NCBI GenBank assembly: GCA_022564515.1 | Contig: JADFLH010000002.1 | Span: forward strand, 25,007 to 57,006 | Length of the DNA stretch: 32,000 nt | DNA from: Nitrososphaerota archaeon | Lineage (GTDB): Archaea > Thermoproteota > Nitrososphaeria > Nitrososphaerales > Nitrosopumilaceae | Reading direction: 5' to 3' | Shown: piece by piece, positions 24,243-32,000 of the stretch | How the letters are laid out: every line of letters begins with the position of its first letter | How positions within the stretch are numbered: the first letter of the stretch is position 1 | The notes under the pieces: generated by a model | Database searches by the model: none | Seen by the model: only the letters and a program-made list of their open reading frames with translations | What the model was told of the DNA's origin: nothing | Made by a program: the position numbers and the translations under genes

Positions 24243-24410
24243 GTTCTTCCAAAACTTTGTGAAATCGTGTTATAATTAAACTATTACAAAATTGTTAGAG
24301 AAATCCAACTATAATTGAGAGAAAAATTATTTCTTTTTTCATTTTCTTTGCCTCTTAGTTAAATTACTCATAAATTCTTCTAAAATTTTGTACTCAAAAA
24401 AATATGAAAA

Positions 24411-24504
24411 TAGACCGGATGGGATTTGAACCCATGACCATTGCGGGATTTAAAATCCATACGCAGTGTGAGTGCGTCATCCTAAACCACTAGACAACCG
24501 GTCC
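24411..24504 (-). tRNA. tRNA-Val (anticodon CAC) carrying a roughly 20-nt insert between the anticodon stem and the T stem (putative non-canonical intron)
   Basis: The reverse complement is GGACCGG-TT-GTCT-AGTGGTTTA-GGAT-G-ACGCA-CTCACAC-TGCGT-[ATGGATTTTAAATCCCGCAATGGTC]-ATGGG-TTCAAAT-CCCAT-CCGGTCT-A. The total is 94 nt, against 74-75 nt expected. Confidence 0.7.
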
Positions 24505-24555
24505 ACTGGTTTTAGAAATTAAGAACTTTTTTGTCTTTAGATTATGGAAAAGAAT

Positions 24556-24723
24556 TTATTTCTTGACGCCCAGAGTTCTATTTTTTAGTCTGAGATACTT
24601 ATTATGGCATTTTCTGCATCTAGTAGCATCGATTGAATTTCTTGCACCACAGTTAAAGCATATTTTTATGTGAAGACGAGCTTTTTGTGCTATCTGTTTC
24701 TTCACTGGGTCTGTTATTGGCAT
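24556..24723 (-). CDS. rpl40e: Ribosomal protein L40e (55 aa), below the ORF-track cut-off
   Basis: My own translation gives MPITDPVKKQIAQKARLHIKICFNCGARNSIDATRCRKCHNKYLRLKNRTLGVKK*. The K.IC..CGARN...A..CRKC....LR.K zinc-ribbon pattern is characteristic of L40e. Confidence 0.85.
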   Translation of the reverse strand: MPITDPVKKQIAQKARLHIKICFNCGARNSIDATRCRKCHNKYLRLKNRTLGVKK

Positions 24724-24755
24724 CTTATTTCAAACTAAAGATACTCTCTTTTAAT

Positions 24756-25673
24756 TTAATCGCCAGATTGTTCCAGCTTACCTGCTAAGAGTATAGGAAC
24801 CTCAATTGGGCGTTTTGCAACAGGAATATTTGCCTTGTTAAACATTGAAACTTTTGATTCTGCAGAACCGTAATTTCCATAAACAATTGCACCTGCATGG
24901 CCCATTCTTTTTTCTTTAGGAGCTGTTCTCCCTGCAATGTAGGCTACAATTGGTTTTTTGAAGTCAATTTCTATAAGGTGTTGAGCAAGAATTTCTTCTG
25001 CATCTCCTCCAATTTCTCCAACAATTACTATACCTTGCAAATCAGGAATTTCTTTGACCATATTGAATGCATCAATTAGTCTTGTACCGTTGATAGGATC
25101 TCCACCAATTCCAATGGTGATGCTTTGACCAAAACCTGCCTCGGAAAGACAGTCTGAAATCTCATAAAGCAAAGTTCCACTTTTTGATAAAACCACAATG
25201 TTGCCAGCTTTGAAGGGACTAGCAGGCATAATTCCTATCTTAATTAATTCTGGGATCAGCACGCCAGGCGTATTTGGACCTATCATTATGGAGTCATTTT
25301 TCTTTGCAAACTCGACAATTTGCATTGTATCACGAACTGGAACATTTTCTGGAATTGCAACAAGAAGTTTGATTCCTGCTTCCAGTGCTTCTTTTGCGGC
25401 ATTTAGAAAGAATTTTGCAGGAACAAAAATTATAGAAATTTTTGCGCCAGTAGCGTCAACCGCTTCTTTTACATGTTCATAAATGGGGACATTACCAAAT
25501 TTTTGACCGCCTTTTCCTGGAACAACTCCAGCTGCAACATTTGTTCCATAATCAATCATGTTTTTGGTATGTAACGATCCAAATTTGCCAGTTATTCCCT
25601 GAACGATTATGGGTTTTTTCTTGTAATCCGAGTCTCCTGGGTTGCCCCTTAATAATTCAAAAATGTCTATCAT
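24756..25673 (-). CDS. sucD: Succinate--CoA ligase (ADP-forming) alpha subunit
   Basis: VQGITG..G, SKSGTLLYE and the phosphohistidine loop MGHAGAIV are present. The start overlaps the sucC stop by 4 nt. Confidence 0.9.
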   Translation of the reverse strand: MIDIFELLRGNPGDSDYKKKPIIVQGITGKFGSLHTKNMIDYGTNVAAGVVPGKGGQKFGNVPIYEHVKEAVDATGAKISIIFVPAKFFLNAAKEALEAGIKLLVAIPENVPVRDTMQIVEFAKKNDSIMIGPNTPGVLIPELIKIGIMPASPFKAGNIVVLSKSGTLLYEISDCLSEAGFGQSITIGIGGDPINGTRLIDAFNMVKEIPDLQGIVIVGEIGGDAEEILAQHLIEIDFKKPIVAYIAGRTAPKEKRMGHAGAIVYGNYGSAESKVSMFNKANIPVAKRPIEVPILLAGKLEQSGD

Positions 25674-26776
25674 TTTTTAACTCTCAAAACCGCAGCATTG
25701 ATTGCTTCTTCAACAGAATCAAACATCTTTGTTTTAGTGTCTTTTAGCATTTCTTTTGATTTTTCGGATTCTGCACCCTTTAATCTTGCAAAAACTGGTA
25801 GGTCAATCAAGTTTTCTTCATATGCTTTGATGAAAGATGATGCGACTGTTGTGGTTTTTACTATACCTCCATACAGATTTACTAGAATTGCTTTTACTTT
25901 ACTCATTTTACTAATTAGGGCTAATGCTTCGTAAACTGACTCGGTTGTTGCACTGCCACCAACATCCAAAAAACATGCGGGCTTTCCACCATTGTCAGAT
26001 AGCATATCAAGAGTTGACATTACAAGACCTGCACCATTTCCAATCACTGCAATATTCCCTTCTAATTCCACAAGAGAAAAGCCACTTTTTTCTGCCTTCT
26101 TTTCAATCTCTGATTTTTCTTGATACTTTTCTAATTCATTATGTCTAAAAATCGCGTTATCATCAATCACGACTTTACCATCAAGCGCAATCAAAGAATC
26201 ATCCTCTAATTGTACAAGAGGATTAATTTCTGCTAGTTCAACTTCTTTTTCTATTATGAGTTTTGATAATTTTTGGAGAATTTCAACAAGATCGTTTGCG
26301 GTTTTTCCTTCAAGATCCATCTCATTTGCAACTTGCCTGGCTACACCCTCTTCCACCTTTCCCAATCCAATCTCCCGAATAATTTGATTTTTGACTGATT
26401 CAATTTCAACTCCCCCATCAGCAGAAGCAATAATGGTATAGCATCTTTTACTTCGATTCAGAAATATGGATAAGTATAGTTCATCTTTTATCTCTACCAT
26501 TTTTTCCAGTAAGACTGCCCGAGCTTTTTCTCCTTTGATAGCCATCTCTAAAATTTGAGGATATTTGAGCTCAAATTCATCCTCGTTGTGACATTTTTGA
26601 ATTCCTCCAGCTTTTCCTCTTCCTCCAACCGGGACCTGAATTTTTATTACAAGAGGAAATCCCAATTTTTCAGCATCTTTTCGACCTTTTTCAATGTCTT
26701 TTGATGATATTCCTGGCGGAACTCGAATTCCAAATTCTTTGAATAACTCTTTAGCTTGATACTCTAGTAAGCGCAT
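25670..26776 (-). CDS. sucC: Succinate--CoA ligase (ADP-forming) beta subunit
   Basis: MRLLEYQAKELFKEFGIRVP marks the ATP-grasp N-terminus. GGRGKAGGI and the C-terminal ligase-CoA domain (NIAVIGNGAGLVM) follow. Confidence 0.9.
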   Translation of the reverse strand: MRLLEYQAKELFKEFGIRVPPGISSKDIEKGRKDAEKLGFPLVIKIQVPVGGRGKAGGIQKCHNEDEFELKYPQILEMAIKGEKARAVLLEKMVEIKDELYLSIFLNRSKRCYTIIASADGGVEIESVKNQIIREIGLGKVEEGVARQVANEMDLEGKTANDLVEILQKLSKLIIEKEVELAEINPLVQLEDDSLIALDGKVVIDDNAIFRHNELEKYQEKSEIEKKAEKSGFSLVELEGNIAVIGNGAGLVMSTLDMLSDNGGKPACFLDVGGSATTESVYEALALISKMSKVKAILVNLYGGIVKTTTVASSFIKAYEENLIDLPVFARLKGAESEKSKEMLKDTKTKMFDSVEEAINAAVLRVKK

Positions 26777-26817
26777 CCAAAAATTCTGGATTGTGATACT
26801 TATAATCTGTAGGGTAC

Positions 26818-27147
26818 TTATTTGAGATGGTCCTCAAGTAGAGAAACAACCTGTAAGAATTGATCTCTGCTTTTTCTCATCAAACGTCCAGGATATTCTT
26901 CTAATGTAAACACAAATTGTTGATTGAAATTTGGGACTAAAGGACCGCCCGAGGTCACTAACTGTTCTATCACATAATTCGAGGCAAGCGTACAAACAAT
27001 TTCTTCATAGGAATTTTCTTCTTCTTCAATAGTTTGTCTATAAAGAACAATTGGGGAATTTGTTTTGGCAACAATTAATGAACCCTGTCTAAGCAAATCT
27101 GTAAGGTGTTTGATTTGCCAAGCATCCAGGCTGATTTGTTTTACCAT
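26818..27147 (-). CDS. Hypothetical protein (109 aa)
   Basis: Clean ORF. No motif recognised. Confidence 0.45.
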   Translation of the reverse strand: MVKQISLDAWQIKHLTDLLRQGSLIVAKTNSPIVLYRQTIEEEENSYEEIVCTLASNYVIEQLVTSGGPLVPNFNQQFVFTLEEYPGRLMRKSRDQFLQVVSLLEDHLK

Positions 27148-27416
27148 GATAGTTATTGGCAGATTTTCTATTTATTATGCCAGATCAGCTAAAAGCTAAC
27201 CACTTGGTGCATGCTAGTTACTACAAAATTGCAAGCGTGATGCTGTCCTTTGTCGAAGAGTAACGTGGGACACTAACATTTGCTGCGAAATTGTGGTGCA
27301 TAAAATTTTTCCTAATGTTCTAACTTGTTCGTTCATATTATGTGATAGGCACATAGAACTTTAAGCAGGGTAGAAATCCGAGGCTAGAAACAGTTCCAAA
27401 GTGAATTTTCAATAAA

Positions 27417-30400
27417 TCATTCAACTGAAATTCTAATTTTCTGACCATCAATCTCATCTTCTTTGTATTCCTTACATGATTGTGTAAAATTTACCTCTTT
27501 TACTCGTACCAAAAACGCAAGATCTTTTGTTTTTTCTTTTACCATCTGTAATAATTCCTCATCCAAATCTAAAATCGAGGCAACGCTGAGTATTTTAGTT
27601 GGGGTGTAGCCTCGCTCTTTTCGTAGCATTTGGAGTCGTCTTGCAAGATCCTTTACTAGACCTTTAGCCACAATTTCTCGATTTCTAGTGGTTGAAATAA
27701 ATACAATTAATTCATCACGTTGAGAGACTGCAAATCCCTCCTGTGCATTATAATCAATAACAAAGTCATCCACACCCAGGAGAATTTGTTCGCCCTCAAT
27801 TTCAAATGTAAACTTTGCGTCTTTTCTCAGACCATCCATTATTTCAGCTGGGTCAGTATCAGAAAATCTCTGAACCAATTTTTCCATATTTTGTTTTGCT
27901 TTTGGGCCAATTCTTTTCCTTTCAAGTTCAATGTGTGGAACTGCGGGAAGTCCTAATTGCTTTAGTTGTAAAATTTGTTCTAACCCTTCTTTTTTTTCTA
28001 ATTCCACAATGTTGTATTTTTCAACATTTAACTGAGAGATCAAAAGGTTTGAAAGTGATTCTAACTTTTCTTTTTTACCTTTACCAACACAAATTATTGC
28101 TTCATTCAAAGGCCATCTTCGTTTGAGTTTTCCTTTCATTCGGGCTGCAGCTGAAATTGATGTGACTTCTTTTAGTAAATCAAATGACTCTTCTAACTTT
28201 TCATCTTCTAAAGATTCTTGAGCTATTGGCCACCGCTCCAGCAAAATACTCTTTTTCTGTTTAGCTAGTCCCAAATACAGATATTCGCTGGTGTACGGAC
28301 AAAGTGGATGAATCAAAACATCAAGTGTAATTAATGTCTTAAACAAAATAGTATAGATTGTAAATCTCCGGTTCTTTTTTTCTGGGTCATCCTCCCAAAG
28401 CTCACCTCTTGTAATTGGAATGTAGACCTGGCTAAGTAAATTTATAATAAAATCTTCAATCGCTTTTGCTGCTTCATGAAATCTACAGCTATCATAGTAA
28501 CTTGTTGTGTTTTTAATTAATTTTTGAAGCTTTGATAATAACCAATTGTCTGCTGATGAAAAAAGATTTTTTTCTTTTACCCACTGTGTGGTTAAGCTAG
28601 AATCAAATTTATCATATTCACTATTTTGTTTAAAATAAAGGTGTATGTGGTACAGTGTACTAACAACTTGGTATGGCCTTGCCATTAATTCATCTGTACT
28701 AAAATTGAGTTGCTCAATAGGACTAGATTTCCACATATAATAGAATCGAATAAGATCAATTGGAAATTTTTTTAGAAGATCCTCTGCATAAATTACATTT
28801 CCTAAACTTTTACTCATCTTGTTTCCATTTTTGTCAAGCACATGTCCATGAAACAAAAATGCTTTGTATGGAGAGATTGCTGCATTATTTAGAATTACAT
28901 TTTCAATAAGAAGAGTGTACGCCCATCCTCTTGTTTGATCAATTCCTTCAGTGAAAAATGGAGCAGGTATGCTATTGGCATATTCCTCATCAGTTAAGGA
29001 AGAATAAGGTGCTGAACCACTATTATGCCATGTATCTAAAACATATTTCTCTCGTGTTGTGTTAGTACTCCCGCATTTTTGACATTTGATTTTGATATTA
29101 TCTATCCAAGGGGTATGCAATTCAAAATCTGGCCCATCAGGAAGATCAGAGGATGCATCAACAATCTCTTTTCTGGAAAAGAACCAATTCTTTTTTTCAC
29201 AATCATTACATAACCAGATTGGTAGTGGGCAGCCCCAAAACCTTTCACGAGATATACACCAAGGATGTTTTTCCTTAATTATTCCCAAAAATCGGTTCCT
29301 AGGTTGTTCATAAAAATACTCTACATTTTCTGCCGCTTGTATTGCTTTGTCTCCAAGTTTCTTAATCGTGTAAAACCAGCCTTTTCTTGCAAGCCAAACA
29401 AGTGAATGGTGTGAACGCCAGCAAAAAGGATATTTGTGTCTAATTTTGCCTATTCTAACAAGAGCATTTTTATTTTTAATGTCTGTTACAATTTTTTCAT
29501 CAGCATCTCTGACAAAAAGGCCTGCATATTTTCCAGCTTTTTCAGTGAATTTTACTTCATCATCAATTGGATTGAAAATTTCAACTTTTCTTTTTTTTGC
29601 AATTTTAATATCTTCTTCACCATTTGCAGGTGAAAGATGAACAAGGCCACTCCCGGCAGTAACATCGACAAATTCTTCAGCAACTGTAATATGATAATTT
29701 TCATTCATCGAAAATTTCTTAAGTTCTGGAATCTCTTCTAAGAGAGGATGGATGTATTTTTTTCCTTCAAATTCTGAACCGTGTACAGTTTTTTCAATAG
29801 AATATTTTTCAACTTTTACTTCTTTCAAAAATTCTTCTAGCCTTGTTTTTCCTAAAACCCAAGTCTCATTTTCTACTTTAACATAATGGTAATCCTCTTC
29901 AGGATTTATACCAACCATTGCATCAGTCACCAAGGTAAATGGCATTGTTGTCCATACAATGAGATACGCATTTTCGTCTCTAAGCTTCGCTTTGTAATAT
30001 AGAGATGGGTCATTTACCTCCTCATATCCTTGGTTAACTTCAGAGTGACTTAGAGATGTTTGGCAACCAGGGCAATATGCAATGACAGTATAATCATTTT
30101 CTAAAATCCCACTTTGATTTGCTTTTTTTAGAAATTGCCACTCTCTTTCAATAAATTCATCTTTGTAAGTCCAGTAAGCCTTTTCATGATTAAAAGATAT
30201 GCCAAGAAGTTTGTCAGCTTCAACCCACTTTGAATTATATTTTTGAACCAAACGTTTGCACTCAGCAACAAGCTTTTCAATCCCAATTTTTTCTAAAATT
30301 TCGTTTTTGCCTCCAGTAATTCCAAGCTCCTTTTCTGCCTGAAGCTCAACTGGGAGTCCTTGAGCATCCCAGCCCCCATTGAAAACCACCTTGTAACCTT

Positions 30401-30617
30401 GCAGTGTTTTGTATCTGTACCACAGGTCCTTAATGACACGTCCTCTGAGATGTCCTATGTGAGGAACTCCGTTCATCGTGGGAGGGCCATCAATAAACAT
30501 GATTTTTTGATCTTTTTCTTTAGATTCAAAAATCATTTTTTCTAAATCAAATTTTTCTAAATAATCTCTGATTTGCACTTCAATCTTCTTTGCGTCAAAC
30601 TCTTTTGCTTGTTCCAT
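27417..30617 (-). CDS. ileS: Isoleucine--tRNA ligase
   Basis: 1066 aa with PPTMNGVPHIGH (HIGH), KMSKS and WCISRERFWGCPLPIW, plus the Zn-binding CPGC / CQKC pairs typical of archaeal IleRS. Confidence 0.93.
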   Translation of the reverse strand: MEQAKEFDAKKIEVQIRDYLEKFDLEKMIFESKEKDQKIMFIDGPPTMNGVPHIGHLRGRVIKDLWYRYKTLQGYKVVFNGGWDAQGLPVELQAEKELGITGGKNEILEKIGIEKLVAECKRLVQKYNSKWVEADKLLGISFNHEKAYWTYKDEFIEREWQFLKKANQSGILENDYTVIAYCPGCQTSLSHSEVNQGYEEVNDPSLYYKAKLRDENAYLIVWTTMPFTLVTDAMVGINPEEDYHYVKVENETWVLGKTRLEEFLKEVKVEKYSIEKTVHGSEFEGKKYIHPLLEEIPELKKFSMNENYHITVAEEFVDVTAGSGLVHLSPANGEEDIKIAKKRKVEIFNPIDDEVKFTEKAGKYAGLFVRDADEKIVTDIKNKNALVRIGKIRHKYPFCWRSHHSLVWLARKGWFYTIKKLGDKAIQAAENVEYFYEQPRNRFLGIIKEKHPWCISRERFWGCPLPIWLCNDCEKKNWFFSRKEIVDASSDLPDGPDFELHTPWIDNIKIKCQKCGSTNTTREKYVLDTWHNSGSAPYSSLTDEEYANSIPAPFFTEGIDQTRGWAYTLLIENVILNNAAISPYKAFLFHGHVLDKNGNKMSKSLGNVIYAEDLLKKFPIDLIRFYYMWKSSPIEQLNFSTDELMARPYQVVSTLYHIHLYFKQNSEYDKFDSSLTTQWVKEKNLFSSADNWLLSKLQKLIKNTTSYYDSCRFHEAAKAIEDFIINLLSQVYIPITRGELWEDDPEKKNRRFTIYTILFKTLITLDVLIHPLCPYTSEYLYLGLAKQKKSILLERWPIAQESLEDEKLEESFDLLKEVTSISAAARMKGKLKRRWPLNEAIICVGKGKKEKLESLSNLLISQLNVEKYNIVELEKKEGLEQILQLKQLGLPAVPHIELERKRIGPKAKQNMEKLVQRFSDTDPAEIMDGLRKDAKFTFEIEGEQILLGVDDFVIDYNAQEGFAVSQRDELIVFISTTRNREIVAKGLVKDLARRLQMLRKERGYTPTKILSVASILDLDEELLQMVKEKTKDLAFLVRVKEVNFTQSCKEYKEDEIDGQKIRISVE

Positions 30618-30725
30618 CAGTTGTTGAGCAGTTTAATGATTTTATAAATCTCATTAACATCTACTCATCAAAATTTTTGATTCTTACAATCTGGGATTAT
30701 ATAGTAGATTCCAAAAGTTTGTTTA

Positions 30726-31988
30726 TTGGTTAATGTTCTTGTTGTGGGCTCTGGGGGAAGAGAACATGCCCTAAGTTGGAAATTATCACAAAGTTCTCAC
30801 GTTGACAAGGTTTACACCGCTCCAGGAAATGGAGGAACAGAAAATAACATTCCAATTTCAGTTGATAAAATTGATGAACTAGCAGCTTTTGCATTAGAAA
30901 ATAATTGTTTTACAGTTGTAGGTCCTGAAGCCCCTCTAGCATTAGGAATTGTTGATAAATTCAATGAAAAAAATCTTCAGATTTTTGGTCCAACAAAAAA
31001 CGCAGCTCAACTAGAATCAAGTAAAATTTGGGCAAAACAATTCATGAAACGCAATGAAATTCCAACAGCAGAGTTTGAGGTATTTGATGACCCAAAACAA
31101 GCCTACGAATATGTAAAGTCAATTTCTCATCCAGTAGTAATTAAAGCAGATGGGCTTACAGCAGGAAAAGGTGTAATAATATGTGATAGCACTCAAGAGG
31201 CACTTGTAGCAATTGACATAATTTTAGTAAAGAAAACCTTTGGTGATGCTGGCAACAAAATTATCATTGAAGAACGGATTGATGGAATTGAAGCATCTTA
31301 CATTGCATTATGTGATGTAAACATTACAATCCCTATGGCTTCAAGTCAGGATCATAAAAGAATTTACGACAATGACAGGGGCCCAAACACAGGTGGAATG
31401 GGAGCATATTCTCCAACACCCATCATTAATGATTCCATGGCAGAAAAAATCCAAAAAAGAATAATAGAAAAAACTAGCTCATCAATGAAAAATGAAGGAA
31501 TTCCCTTCATAGGCTTCCTATACGCTGGCATCATGATAAAGAATGGTGAACCATGTGTATTGGAATTTAATGTTAGAATGGGAGATCCTGAATGTCAACC
31601 AATTACTATGAGAATGGATTTTGATTTGTATGATTATTTGTTTGGAGCAGTTGAGGGAAGATTATCATCGTTACCTCCAATTTCATGGAAAAAACAAACG
31701 GCAGTTTGTGTTGTTTTAGCCTCTAAAGGGTATCCCAAGTCCTATCTAAAAAATGAAGAAATCAAGGGATTAGACCAAAAAGATGAAGCGACCTTTGTTT
31801 TTCATGCAGGAACGAAGAAAAAAAATAATTCTATTTTTACAAATGGTGGAAGGGTTTTAGGAGTTACATCACTTGGTAATACACTAGAATCTGCAATATC
31901 TAATGCCTACTCAGCAACAGAAAAAATCTCATGGCCAAACAAATATTGTAGGACCGATATTGGTAAAAAAGGATTGGTTTACCGATGA
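30726..31988 (+). CDS. purD: Phosphoribosylamine--glycine ligase
   Basis: VLVVGSGGREHALSWKL, the ATP-grasp core, GGMGAYSP and the C-terminal TNGGRVLGVT are present. TTG start. Confidence 0.93.
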   Translation: MVNVLVVGSGGREHALSWKLSQSSHVDKVYTAPGNGGTENNIPISVDKIDELAAFALENNCFTVVGPEAPLALGIVDKFNEKNLQIFGPTKNAAQLESSKIWAKQFMKRNEIPTAEFEVFDDPKQAYEYVKSISHPVVIKADGLTAGKGVIICDSTQEALVAIDIILVKKTFGDAGNKIIIEERIDGIEASYIALCDVNITIPMASSQDHKRIYDNDRGPNTGGMGAYSPTPIINDSMAEKIQKRIIEKTSSSMKNEGIPFIGFLYAGIMIKNGEPCVLEFNVRMGDPECQPITMRMDFDLYDYLFGAVEGRLSSLPPISWKKQTAVCVVLASKGYPKSYLKNEEIKGLDQKDEATFVFHAGTKKKNNSIFTNGGRVLGVTSLGNTLESAISNAYSATEKISWPNKYCRTDIGKKGLVYR

Positions 31989-32000
31989 CATTTTTTATCT

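Overview
This is an AT-rich archaeal chromosomal segment. Hand counts of single 60-nt lines give about 27-37% GC in the housekeeping genes. It most likely comes from a Nitrosopumilus-like ammonia-oxidising thaumarchaeon: it encodes ribosomal protein L40e, a pyruvoyl-dependent arginine decarboxylase, two secreted proteins ending in PEF..G plus a TM helix (PEFG-CTERM-like), and an insert-bearing tRNA, and many genes start with TTG or GTG. The flanks are ordinary core genome. Left flank: DUF255 thioredoxin-fold protein, DUF47-PiT phosphate transporter pair, DEAD-box helicase, tRNA-Thr, CPBP protease, peroxiredoxin-like protein, pdaD, pepF with an upstream zf-UBP gene, and a TrmB regulator. Right flank: ywbE, tRNA-Val, rpl40e, sucCD, ileS, purD. 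The centre (about 16.4-23.2 kb) is compositionally distinct, at about 40-50% GC in sampled lines. It carries a canonical cyanase (cynS), an unusually long formate/nitrite-transporter-family channel, a lamin-tail-domain surface protein with a PEFG-like anchor, a cluster of small and partly broken Cys-rich ORFs, an orphan ParB-like protein, and a SHOCT-domain protein. The promoter regions of this block share GATCT-based repeats, including three exact GATCTAAAT copies with GATC phased about every 10 bp upstream of cynS, and an AGATCTA-N6-TAGATCT palindrome between the FNT and LTD genes. Beside the block is a gene made of three near-identical 231-bp tandem units, each encoding a CxxC-x17-CxxC zinc ribbon plus an RG/SY-rich linker. 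No CRISPR array, rRNA, transposase or integrase is visible. All homology calls come from motif recognition by eye, not from database searches.
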